Virus record (IMG/VR): IMGVR_UViG_3300034126_000020
Span: 212,811 to 276,810 of that record
Direction: 5' to 3' (one strand)
DNA length: 64,000 nucleotides
Source: a virus
Taxonomy: Duplodnaviria; Caudoviricetes
The notes under the pieces were generated by a model. That model did not search any database and was not told the origin of the DNA. It was given only the letters and a program-made list of their open reading frames with translations. The position numbers and the translations under genes are program-made. Position 1 is the stretch's first letter; each line of letters opens with the position of its first letter. Positions 10,887 to 19,577 of the stretch are shown here, piece by piece.

Positions 10887-10921
10887 CATAAGGGCCAGGG
10901 GCAACTGCCCCTGGCCCTATG
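10887..10921. terminator. Hairpin between convergent genes
   Basis: CATA-A-GGGCCAGGGGC-AACT-GCCCCTGGCCC-TATG. Confidence 0.7.
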
Positions 10922-10925
10922 TTCG

Positions 10926-11933
10926 TTAGGTAAGGTTCGTGACCATCTTGGGGAATTGAATGCGGATGACTTCTTCCACGCTCAACTCCGGGGCGAATGG
11001 TGCAGCGATGGCGTAGCGTCCCAGTTCTGGATGCAGCTCAAACAACGAGAGTGCATCTGCGCTGGCAATGCCGAGGTTAGTCAGGTCCACAATGGTCTGA
11101 TCGTCCTGACGCTTGAACTTGTACCAGTTGACGTCAAGGCGGTTCAAAGTGTCCACCAAGTCTTGGGCGTAGGCTTCCCGTGTCATCGGTATATCGGCAG
11201 GCGTCTTGAACTGTTGCAGGAACGACTTGATGAAGTCCGGCTTGGTAGCCATGGCCGTATCGGGTGTCATCTGAGCCAGCAGTTCTTTCACGGCTGTCAG
11301 AGAACCTGACGTCGACACCATGGGGACGCTGTACACCAACGCTTGCTGATACACCGCAGGGTCAATGTACTGCTTCACGTCACCGATGTACTGGTACTGC
11401 CCGTACTCAACCGACTTGGCAATGGCCGAACCAAAGACCGCTGACTCAAGCCCCAAGTTAACGTAACTGGCGTAGTTCTCATTGCCTGTCAGTTCACCCA
11501 ACAGTGTGGTCAGTTCCCCGTAGTTGGACAGGTCGCTGGGGTCGCCGTATTCGAGCCGAGAGAACAGTTGCTCCCCTGTACCCTTGATCTTGTTGACCGT
11601 TTCAGGGTTCAGGTCGATGAACTCAGCCGCCTTGTCGAAGATACCGTTACCAGCGGTCTTCAGGATGCCCATGGTGCTCGTGCCGAACATCCCCAGGCCA
11701 GCCTCAAGCATTTGCTTGCCCGTGGCTCCAGAGCGCTTAGCGGTGATCAGGCTCTGTATGCCGGTCGCAATGCCTTGACGACCACCGAGACGGTCATAGA
11801 CGTTCTTGGCTCCGTCTTTGGCTGCATCGTAGATCTTGTTGATGGGGCGGGAGTTCGAGATGTCGTAGGAGTCAGCCGCCTCCAGCTTCTCGGTTTTGTC
11901 CGTCTTGAAAAACGGAATAGCGATCAAAGACAT
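10926..11933 (-). CDS. Hypothetical protein, possibly virion structural
   Basis: 335 aa from ATG 11933 (GAGG upstream); codon usage like neighbours; no motif recognised. Confidence 0.7.
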   Translation of the reverse strand: MSLIAIPFFKTDKTEKLEAADSYDISNSRPINKIYDAAKDGAKNVYDRLGGRQGIATGIQSLITAKRSGATGKQMLEAGLGMFGTSTMGILKTAGNGIFDKAAEFIDLNPETVNKIKGTGEQLFSRLEYGDPSDLSNYGELTTLLGELTGNENYASYVNLGLESAVFGSAIAKSVEYGQYQYIGDVKQYIDPAVYQQALVYSVPMVSTSGSLTAVKELLAQMTPDTAMATKPDFIKSFLQQFKTPADIPMTREAYAQDLVDTLNRLDVNWYKFKRQDDQTIVDLTNLGIASADALSLFELHPELGRYAIAAPFAPELSVEEVIRIQFPKMVTNLT

Positions 11934-11946
11934 GTCAGCCTCGGAC

Positions 11947-11992
11947 AAAGAAAAAAGAAAGAGGGTGTCATGAGGACCCGGAGGCCCTCATG
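11947..11992 (-). terminator. Rho-independent terminator
   Basis: Minus strand CATGAGGGCC-TCCG-GGTCCTCATG, then TTTCTTTTTTCTTT a few nt downstream. Confidence 0.65.
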
Positions 11993-11999
11993 CGGTCAA

Positions 12000-12569
12000 T
12001 CACTCATCAACCTTTGGACTCTTCGGGTTGGCAAGGTGGTACTTGATCGACTCTTCCAGCTCGTTGCGAATCACATCAAGCGAGCCGGTGTTGATCAAGG
12101 TACTGCGCAGCAGAATCCAGAAGTCCAACTGCCACTGGTGACGATCAAGCTGAACGATCTTCTTGCCACCGCCGTACGAGTAGTAGTGCGCGAGTGGCTT
12201 GTCGTTGTTGATCAGTTCCTGGATGAGCGATGGATTGCGCTCCAGTTTCACCAACATGCCCAACTTGAACATCTTGTTGAACAGTGGGTACGGTTCCGTT
12301 GGCATCGACTTGCCGAGATCCCGGGCAGCGATACCTTTGAGGATGCGGAACTGATCATCCTTGAAGTCGGTCTTCATGTAGAACCACAGGCCTTCCAGTG
12401 TGCGGAAGTGACCGAAGTAGGGGTGTTCGATGTTGCATTCGGAGAGGTTGCTCAGACCTCGACCCAAAGTGGTCGCACCGCGAGTATAGACGTTGATGTG
12501 GGTTACACCATCGTCCTCCGGCTTGTAGGGGAGGTTGCTCTGAGTTTTCGCTGGGGTGTCAGTAGACAT
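12000..12569 (-). CDS. NADAR-family (T4 gp30.3-like) ADP-ribosylhydrolase-like protein
   Basis: LSN...HFRTLEGLWFYMK...LKGIAARDLGKS...LLRSTL parallels the LSNF..F..LEG...K...L.G.AA..G.S pattern I recall for T4 gp30.3/NADAR. Confidence 0.6.
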   Translation of the reverse strand: MSTDTPAKTQSNLPYKPEDDGVTHINVYTRGATTLGRGLSNLSECNIEHPYFGHFRTLEGLWFYMKTDFKDDQFRILKGIAARDLGKSMPTEPYPLFNKMFKLGMLVKLERNPSLIQELINNDKPLAHYYSYGGGKKIVQLDRHQWQLDFWILLRSTLINTGSLDVIRNELEESIKYHLANPKSPKVDE

Positions 12570-12608
12570 GGCACTGTTCCTGTTATAACTGGGTAGACGA
12601 CCGAGGAC

Positions 12609-13211
12609 CTAGTCTTTGACTTGAGTCGTTTTCGCGCTGACTGTCGAGAGGACTCGACCGAGCCGTGCGCGTTGTTCGGGACTGCGTGAACGATACACCG
12701 GACTTTGAATCTGATGAATCATCTCATCAACAGCTTCGTCAGTGATGTCGGCTTCCAGCTCTTCTTCGTCTTCGTCATAATCGACGTTGTCGTTTTCCGG
12801 GTTCAGCCCTTTACCTGTCATGGTCGCATTGAGCGAATCAATCTGGGAATAGGGGTTGTTAATCAACCCTGTAGAGACCGTCAGCTCTTTACCATCGCGC
12901 ATGACCAGGGTAATGCTCATAGAATACTTGAGCGGACCCAGAATCTGGATGGCTTTCTGAAAGGTTTTAAACGTGATGTGACGCTTTGCAATAGCTCGGT
13001 TGAAGTTATTGCGCTCTTGTCCAATGTCTTTGGCGTTCTTTGGGACACGGGAAAGATGGCTCTGAAGGAACGTGGTGAGTCGGCGGTTCCACGACTGCGT
13101 TTCAACACGCATCTCCTTTAGAACACGACGGAACAGATTAGTCAGCGGGTTACCCGCTTCCTTGATCAGTTTATCGTCGTCGTTCATCATGCGAACTTGT
13201 TCTTTACTCAT
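12609..13211 (-). CDS. Hypothetical protein (basic helical N-terminus, acidic C-terminus)
   Basis: 200-aa ORF, CCAGGA RBS, packed in operon. Confidence 0.7.
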   Translation of the reverse strand: MSKEQVRMMNDDDKLIKEAGNPLTNLFRRVLKEMRVETQSWNRRLTTFLQSHLSRVPKNAKDIGQERNNFNRAIAKRHITFKTFQKAIQILGPLKYSMSITLVMRDGKELTVSTGLINNPYSQIDSLNATMTGKGLNPENDNVDYDEDEEELEADITDEAVDEMIHQIQSPVYRSRSPEQRARLGRVLSTVSAKTTQVKD

Positions 13212-13229
13212 GATGTGATTCCTGGGTGG

Positions 13230-13709
13230 TTATCTCAGGCACTCCCGACTGGCTTTAAGCAAGGCAAGGAGGTCTTCGACTACGAAGTTGCATTTACGTT
13301 GGTAGTAGTCGCGGTCTGCGCTGTCCATTTTCAGGAACGCATCCAGCAACTTCACGATGTACAGCTTATGGTGGATCACCCAATCGATCGGATGGATCAA
13401 CTCATTAGCCTCAGATATAAATGATTCGAGGGTGCCTAACTCGTACCGAAATTCCCGTGTAGTCCATCGACCAGGAAGCGAATCGCCTTTGGTGATGGTA
13501 ACAGAAGCCTCGATCAAGTAGTCAGCCAGATCCTCTAGGTTGACTGTGGCCGTCTCTAAAAGCACGGTACGTGTCTTGGGTAAGTTGAATCCGCGTTTGG
13601 CTATTTCATGGATGTCTTCCAGTTGGTTGATGAGAGTTTCGTAGATGTTCTCGCCTTCAAGAGGCAAGGGTTCTTTACGCCTGAACCAGGCTAAAAACTG
13701 CTTGAGCAT
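13230..13709 (-). CDS. Hypothetical protein
   Basis: 159-aa ORF filling the gap in the minus-strand operon. Confidence 0.65.
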   Translation of the reverse strand: MLKQFLAWFRRKEPLPLEGENIYETLINQLEDIHEIAKRGFNLPKTRTVLLETATVNLEDLADYLIEASVTITKGDSLPGRWTTREFRYELGTLESFISEANELIHPIDWVIHHKLYIVKLLDAFLKMDSADRDYYQRKCNFVVEDLLALLKASRECLR

Positions 13710-13773
13710 GTGTGGGCCCTTATTCGCACCACTGATCCTATGAACCTATACCTTTTCCTAACGGAGTGGAGCT

Positions 13774-14316
13774 ATGAACTCTATCAATCCGCTCGAAGGC
13801 GAATTTCTCGCTAGAGACGATATGGACCCTGTACAAGATGGGGAATACCTGAATCCAGATCAGGCACCTATCCATATCAATCAGTCTGTTGATCCCAGTG
13901 ATGTGATCAAGACCACCCAAGGCATTCGCTTGAGAATCCTCAAGAGCCGATTCGCCAAGGGCATTCCGTCTGACGACAAAGAACTCAGCCTGAACATGCA
14001 GCTGCTGCGTGACCTGGACTCGGCTGCACTCACCACGCGGAAGATCGACGTGGAAGAAATGGGTGTCAACGAATCCGAACGTCTGGCCAACGCGAACAAC
14101 GAACTGCTGCGCATCTTGGGCGGCAAGAACCCGTTTGCTGTGGAGCTGGGCTCGGCACCTGTGGCTACCCGCAGATCCGAACCTGTACTGCCTCCAGTTG
14201 TACTGGTTCCAGACATCACCACCCAAGGCACTCAGCCAGTGGAATACGACGACTTTGTTCAGAGTGTCGAAGCTTCCGAACGCGCCATGCGCGAAGAGAA
14301 CTCCGAGGACAACTGA
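13774..14316 (+). CDS. Hypothetical protein
   Basis: 180 aa, GGAG RBS, TATG at 13739; 3' end overlaps the convergent gene by 58 nt. Confidence 0.7.
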   Translation: MNSINPLEGEFLARDDMDPVQDGEYLNPDQAPIHINQSVDPSDVIKTTQGIRLRILKSRFAKGIPSDDKELSLNMQLLRDLDSAALTTRKIDVEEMGVNESERLANANNELLRILGGKNPFAVELGSAPVATRRSEPVLPPVVLVPDITTQGTQPVEYDDFVQSVEASERAMREENSEDN

Positions 14317-15071
14317 GGTTCGTCTTCTTCCTCTTCCGGCAGCTTGTAGGTGCGCGGCAACAAGAAGCAAAAGTCAGTCACGGGAATGTGCTCGATATGG
14401 ACGAAGTCTTCCATAATCAACTCGAGCAGCCCGTGCTTGTCCATGTCCTTGAAGATGTCCTCCTCACTGCTCTCAGACTCCCCAGGCTCTTTCTTAAAGA
14501 GCTTGGGGGTTATGCACGCAAGTTCGTTAATGGGCACGCCCAGCAACTCTTCTTTGTGCATGGCCAACCACGAGTCCAGATCGTAAGTGATCCAGCCGTT
14601 GTAGTGACCGCCCATGAATGTCGGGGTCATGGACGCCGGAGAATGGTGACACATGTTCACTTGGACATAAGCCGGCAACAGAGTCCTGAGGCAGTTTTGG
14701 AATGTCTCTGCCAGAGGACCCGGTAGCGTGTACGGCCACGAGTTGATGTCAACCGAAATAGACGTGATGTCGACACCCCGGAAGAATCGCTCCTTCAGAC
14801 TGTCCACGTAGTTCATTAAGACTGGCACCATCCCAGTGATGATACTGCGCTTGAGGACGAGAATGTCACGCCGAGCATAACGCTCATTGAACGCCTCCTG
14901 GGTGATTGCTCCGCCGGTTAAGGTTTCCCAATCATCCATCGTGCGTCCGCGGTATGCTGCAAGCGGGAGAACCTTAGGCAGGTCTTCCCGCAAACACAAC
15001 AACGTCCCCATGCGGCTGTCAAACATCGCGTCCATGTCGAACATGAGATTGAAAGCGCTTGATCTTTGCAT
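14259..15071 (-). CDS. Hypothetical protein with HAD-like N-terminal DxD motif
   Basis: 270 aa; FDMDAMFDSR at the N-terminus; function not assignable. Confidence 0.65.
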   Translation of the reverse strand: MQRSSAFNLMFDMDAMFDSRMGTLLCLREDLPKVLPLAAYRGRTMDDWETLTGGAITQEAFNERYARRDILVLKRSIITGMVPVLMNYVDSLKERFFRGVDITSISVDINSWPYTLPGPLAETFQNCLRTLLPAYVQVNMCHHSPASMTPTFMGGHYNGWITYDLDSWLAMHKEELLGVPINELACITPKLFKKEPGESESSEEDIFKDMDKHGLLELIMEDFVHIEHIPVTDFCFLLPRTYKLPEEEEDEPQLSSEFSSRMARSEASTL

Positions 15072-15088
15072 GGTATTGTCTCAAGGAT

Positions 15089-15107
15089 AATGTATTGCTG
15101 AAATAAA
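15089..15107 (-). promoter_or_regulatory. Repeated 19-nt AT-rich putative promoter motif, copy 1
   Basis: TTTATTTCAGCAATACATT on the minus strand, 18/19 identical to the copy at 50301-50319; lies just upstream of ATG 15071. Confidence 0.5.
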
Positions 15108-15109
15108 GA

Positions 15110-15595
15110 CTACTGGAGATCCAGCATGGACAGCAGGATCAAGAACACAGCCCAGTGGTTACCCTTGAGGAAGCCTTCGATCTGCACTTGTTCAGCCGCA
15201 TGTTCTTTGAGGTCAGGAGGCACCAGTTGGCACCGCTTCATCCAAGACAGGTTGGTGCACAGGTGCGCGATGAACGCATCGTAGTTTTCACTGGCTGTTG
15301 GGTTAACCAACCAGATGTACGACGCCCCTGTCACGTAGAAGTCGAACACCGTTTCCTTGAGCTCACCTTCAAGCTCAAGGTTCTCCACGTAACGCTGCCA
15401 CAGATCTGTTGCGTGCACCTGATCGTGCATCGCATACCAACGTACCCGCCGAAGCTGAGGCAGGTCTTGCTCCATGATCTGCGCGCGTAGGCCAATGGCA
15501 GTGTTGGTGGTGTCGTTGAACTGCATTTCAGTCCATTTGCGCAGCGCTGCGTTCAGGTTGTCCAGTGTGCTGCGGTCTGTATCCGTCGCTGCCAT
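15110..15595 (-). CDS. Hypothetical protein
   Basis: 161 aa, GAGG RBS, 5 nt after the RNAP-fragment gene. Confidence 0.7.
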   Translation of the reverse strand: MAATDTDRSTLDNLNAALRKWTEMQFNDTTNTAIGLRAQIMEQDLPQLRRVRWYAMHDQVHATDLWQRYVENLELEGELKETVFDFYVTGASYIWLVNPTASENYDAFIAHLCTNLSWMKRCQLVPPDLKEHAAEQVQIEGFLKGNHWAVFLILLSMLDLQ

Positions 15596-15600
15596 GTTAC

Positions 15601-16302
15601 CTATACCTCGTCAATGTCAGTATCAATCATCATGCCCCTGAGGAGCTTCCCGACGGTGGAAGTCGACGTGGTTACACCCGTGCCTTCCGTAACATCGACG
15701 ATGCTGGCTTCCCCATGCTCGATCAACTGACGATCAAACTCTACTTGTGCGGCACGGTCACCGCCTCGCACCTTGATCTCTTCGATCAGGGTGTGCTCAA
15801 GCCCTTGGGCGAGCTGTGCCTGTAGTTCAGGGAACGAAATCTTGGAGCCTTTCGATTTACCGGTCACCTGGCCTGACATCTCATCGACGTGGCGGGAGTT
15901 CTCTGGGATCGAAGACTTCTTGGTGAGCATCTGTGCCTGACGCCTTACGGTCATGTCAATCACGAGATACTTCTGGGGTGTAAGGAATACCCGACCTGTT
16001 TGCGGGTCTGTCAGCCAAAGCTGTTCAAAGAACTCAAAGCCGATGAGGTCTGCCACCTTCAAGAGGTTAGGCATTGTCACTCGTGGGTCTTTCAGGTTAG
16101 GAGAGTAGAACGGCAGGATTTCCTGCGTCGCAATCCCTTCTTCAGTCGTTGGCTTCGCCAGTGCACGAATGTATTCATCGAACTCATCGTCCGACATTTC
16201 GTCTAGGCGTTTCTTGGTCAGGTCGCTGTTATAGGTGTCACCCGGAATAATCTCCGCAATGGCGCCTGCAATGAACGCGGTGACTTCTTGACGACTGGCC
16301 AT
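15601..16302 (-). CDS. Virion RNA polymerase beta C-terminal fragment (phiKZ gp149-like)
   Basis: VRRQAQMLTKK...SGQV..KGSKISFPELQAQLAQGLEHTLIEEIKVRGGD aligns by eye with the beta C-terminal GQRFGEME..AL.AYGA...LQE.LT.KSDD clamp region. Confidence 0.7.
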   Translation of the reverse strand: MASRQEVTAFIAGAIAEIIPGDTYNSDLTKKRLDEMSDDEFDEYIRALAKPTTEEGIATQEILPFYSPNLKDPRVTMPNLLKVADLIGFEFFEQLWLTDPQTGRVFLTPQKYLVIDMTVRRQAQMLTKKSSIPENSRHVDEMSGQVTGKSKGSKISFPELQAQLAQGLEHTLIEEIKVRGGDRAAQVEFDRQLIEHGEASIVDVTEGTGVTTSTSTVGKLLRGMMIDTDIDEV

Positions 16303-16312
16303 CTAACGTACC

Positions 16313-16597
16313 TCAGTGAATGGTGGGCAGATCGTGAGAGACGATCGTTGGCAGCACCAGTTGTTCAAAATGACGCAGCCAATCGCGCGGCATGATGTTG
16401 TCGACCAGGCAGGTGCGTGCCGAGATGGTCGAGGATTGCAGACGAGTCAGCTGGTCACGCCAGTAGCGATTCAGCTCACGGATTTCGTCATGCTCATCGG
16501 CAAGCCGGACATTGAAGTCACGGGCGAAACGAGTAGCAGCATTAGGGTTACGGTCCGCCAGCATATCAACGACGGCGGACACAATCGAGTTGCTCAT
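16313..16597 (-). CDS. Hypothetical protein
   Basis: 94 aa, GGAG RBS, between recombinase and RNAP fragment. Confidence 0.65.
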   Translation of the reverse strand: MSNSIVSAVVDMLADRNPNAATRFARDFNVRLADEHDEIRELNRYWRDQLTRLQSSTISARTCLVDNIMPRDWLRHFEQLVLPTIVSHDLPTIH

Positions 16598-16659
16598 GAG
16601 AGTGTCTCCAGGGATTGTGGGATAGAGACCGGCGGCTTGCGCACACCGGCCTCAGATTA

Positions 16660-18222
16660 TTAGGAAACTTTCGCATCCTGACGGGCGGCGATCTTCTTCA
16701 ACAGATCAGCGCCTGTAACAGGCTTCGGAAGGTCCGGTTGTTGCGATGGAGCAGCAGCCGTAGCCACGGCCTTGGTAGCGATGCCTTTAGCTTTCAAGGC
16801 AGCATCGTACCAGTACGGACGGTAGGTACCGGCACGCATGTTGAGCAGGTCCATCGTCGACAAGAACGGAATGTCGGCGTAAGTGCCTTTCTCTTCAAGC
16901 GGTAGCCAGAAGCCACGAGTGTCCAACAGCAGGTCCCAATCGTACCCAGCGGCAGCGATGCTGTCGTAGAGTTCTTTCGGGTTGCACAGCAGGTCCTCTG
17001 GCAGGTCGTGCCACAGGTTACGCATCATGCACAGCTCAGCAGTGATGTTCATGGCGCGTTGCAGACGCGAATCGGATTCCAGCAGCTTGCGGACCGTTTT
17101 GCGCGTGAGGTTTTGTTGCGGGTACAGATCAAGGCGGAAGTTCGGTTTGCCCTTCGCCTTGTTGCCGTCCTTGTCAGAGATACCGAAGTACTCGAAGCCT
17201 TTGCAGTAACTGAACTCAGTCAGTTCTGGCTTGAGGCCTTCGGACTGAGACACGATCACTTCGAACGGAATGCCGGATGGACCGGACTTGCCACGCAGGT
17301 TCACCAACGTGATGCAGATCAGGTCGGTGTCGCCCTTCAGATCGTCTTCATCGTCACGTGGGTATTCAGGCTGCTTGTCGCCATCGAGCAAAGGCTGGAG
17401 GGACACGCAGTACCAGCAGTTCGCCGTGAGGAAGGAGAAGTTCTCTGGGACCTTCTTCATCTTGAGGTCGCCTTTCAGGAACTTCAAGCGCTTCACGTTC
17501 GGCTTGTACATGTCGAGCTGGTATTCCTGACCCACGTGCGCAGTCATGGTCAGCAACAGGCCCGATCCGCTGGTGACCGAAGTCACTTGGTCGATCAACT
17601 GGCTCTTTGCACCGGCAGCCTTCATGGCCACCATGTTCAGCTCTTTGTTACCGATGTCGCCCTTCTCGTACATGTTCATGACGCCTTCAGTCTGAAGACC
17701 AGACAGGGAGTCAAGGAACGAAAGGGTTGGACTTGGAATCTTGATCAGCTCGCCACTACTCTCGTCAACGAACGGAGTGGTGATGAGGATCGACTTGTCC
17801 TTGCGACGGCTTTCACCGTACTCGCGCATGACGTTCCACCATTCGTTACCGTTGTACACGGTCGCGTCGGTGAAGAGGAGACGGCCCTGCTCGACCAGAT
17901 CGATGCCGAACAGTTCAGGGAACTGACGGAATACGTGCATGATTCGGCCGGGGGACAGCGTATTCTCTGAGTCATGCGCCATCATAATGGCCAGTGAGAC
18001 TCGGTTCAATACGGAACCTTGCTGAAAGAGCGAGATGACCGTCTTGAACATGTTGGGCAGGCCGGCGACGCCAGTGAAGTGGTTGAGACCACCACACAGG
18101 ATCGACTCGCCGTGCTTGCCCTTATAGTACTTACCGGTCTGGATGTCGAAGAGCGCGCCGATGTTCCACATGGGACGAATCGACGGAGCCTTCTTGAACA
18201 TGGCAAAAGGGTTGTTGGACAT
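16660..18222 (-). CDS. uvsX: UvsX/RecA-like recombinase (phiKZ gp152-like)
   Basis: Divergent Walker A (GVAGLPNMFKT), DSENT, Walker B (SFLDSLS), TAHVG; start set at MSNNPF (18222). Confidence 0.8.
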   Translation of the reverse strand: MSNNPFAMFKKAPSIRPMWNIGALFDIQTGKYYKGKHGESILCGGLNHFTGVAGLPNMFKTVISLFQQGSVLNRVSLAIMMAHDSENTLSPGRIMHVFRQFPELFGIDLVEQGRLLFTDATVYNGNEWWNVMREYGESRRKDKSILITTPFVDESSGELIKIPSPTLSFLDSLSGLQTEGVMNMYEKGDIGNKELNMVAMKAAGAKSQLIDQVTSVTSGSGLLLTMTAHVGQEYQLDMYKPNVKRLKFLKGDLKMKKVPENFSFLTANCWYCVSLQPLLDGDKQPEYPRDDEDDLKGDTDLICITLVNLRGKSGPSGIPFEVIVSQSEGLKPELTEFSYCKGFEYFGISDKDGNKAKGKPNFRLDLYPQQNLTRKTVRKLLESDSRLQRAMNITAELCMMRNLWHDLPEDLLCNPKELYDSIAAAGYDWDLLLDTRGFWLPLEEKGTYADIPFLSTMDLLNMRAGTYRPYWYDAALKAKGIATKAVATAAAPSQQPDLPKPVTGADLLKKIAARQDAKVS

Positions 18223-18297
18223 TGACTCTATTCCATCTGAAAGAGGTTCGGTTGTGCGCAAACGATATGAAAAACTACTTTCTTTTAACACGGAGCC

Positions 18298-19134
18298 ATG
18301 TGGATGACCACCGACTACCAAACCGCCCTCGACACCGTATCCATGGAAGACTTGCAGAACCTTGCCCGTGTCATCTCCATGGAAAGTTCAGTTGTACCCA
18401 CCTTCACCATTGACTCGAAGCAGCGCTTCGGTCAGTTCTTCAAGCGTGCTGGCACCTTCTTCAGCGCAATGAAGATGCCGTTCCTGGCTGGCGTCAAGTT
18501 GTTCTCCAACGACATGGATGGCCTCGTTGGCAAAGTTGGCTTCGTCGACGCCGCTAACAAGAACGTCATCGTCCCTGAAGGCTTCATCGGCCTGTGGTTG
18601 CCTTACTCTGCCCTCCTGAACGAGGCCATGGGTCGTGCGGTTAAAACCGAATACATGATCCGTAGCTTCAACGAGACACTGGGTCAGTTGGCTAACGATC
18701 CAATGATCCTTGAATCGGCATCGGGCATTGGCTACAGCGGTCCGACTGATCTGGGTCTGACCACCAGCATGCAAGATGCAGGTAAAACCTACTTCGACGG
18801 TAACAGCAACAACATCACCCGCACCCTCGGTGCTGTGGTAGAACGTGCTGCTGACATCCGCGCGGTACACAACAACATCAACGACGCCATTGCCAAGGAC
18901 AAAGCTCACCCAGCGTCCAAGTCTCTGGCAGCTGTACAGCGCTCCATGGAGCTGTCTGAGAAGCTCATGCCTTACGTGGAAGGTAACTCCCGCGTGTCCA
19001 AGGCTTCGATCCAGGAGCTGATCGACATCACCTTGCAGATCGCCAAGGAGATGGAATCGTACGGCGTGTTGCTGTTCCGTATCCGCCAGTTCTCTGAAGC
19101 ACTGAAAGACAGCGTCAAAGAGCTGAAAAAATAA
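18298..19134 (+). CDS. Probable virion structural protein (phiKZ gp153-like)
   Basis: 278 aa, divergent from the recombinase, TATG at 18266, GGAG RBS; identity by synteny only. Confidence 0.55.
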   Translation: MWMTTDYQTALDTVSMEDLQNLARVISMESSVVPTFTIDSKQRFGQFFKRAGTFFSAMKMPFLAGVKLFSNDMDGLVGKVGFVDAANKNVIVPEGFIGLWLPYSALLNEAMGRAVKTEYMIRSFNETLGQLANDPMILESASGIGYSGPTDLGLTTSMQDAGKTYFDGNSNNITRTLGAVVERAADIRAVHNNINDAIAKDKAHPASKSLAAVQRSMELSEKLMPYVEGNSRVSKASIQELIDITLQIAKEMESYGVLLFRIRQFSEALKDSVKELKK

Positions 19135-19140
19135 CAACGG

Positions 19141-19182
19141 GCATAAAGTCGATGGGAGGGCACGAGTCCCTCCCATCTATGC
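19141..19182. terminator. Hairpin between convergent genes
   Basis: GCATA-aagtc-GATGGGAGGG-cacgagt-CCCTCCCATC-TATGC. Confidence 0.7.
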
Positions 19183-19186
19183 TGCG

Positions 19187-19567
19187 TCATGCCAATCTTT
19201 CGTGGTGCTGCGATTGACGAAGAACACGTTCAACGTCTCTGCACATGGTCTCCCTGTCCAAGTAACGTAACCATTTAGGCATGGTTCCATAGACAAGTTC
19301 GACCGCCTGTTTATAATCCCCCTCTTCACAGCACTTGACGATCTGGTCGACATTCTTACCCTTCCAAAGCATCCGAGCAGACATCGCTGGGAAGGAAAGG
19401 GTCGTCGGATCATTGACCAGGTAGAAAAGCTTGTTGAACTCTGTAAGTAGGGAATCGTCAGGGTCGTAGTTCCGAATCAAACGGAAGTACAGACTTACAA
19501 CAAACACAATGCGTTTGAAGGAAGTCCAGAACCCCATTGACTGGTTTATCGCAACAGATCGGTACAT
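19187..19567 (-). CDS. Hypothetical protein
   Basis: 126-aa ORF directly after RNase H; start uncertain. Confidence 0.6.
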   Translation of the reverse strand: MYRSVAINQSMGFWTSFKRIVFVVSLYFRLIRNYDPDDSLLTEFNKLFYLVNDPTTLSFPAMSARMLWKGKNVDQIVKCCEEGDYKQAVELVYGTMPKWLRYLDRETMCRDVERVLRQSQHHERLA

Positions 19568-19577
19568 AGCCGAGCCC

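Noticed and set aside
14259-14316. 58-nt convergent 3' overlap as a regulatory feature
   Set aside because: Short convergent overlaps are common in compact phage genomes; nothing else supports a function.
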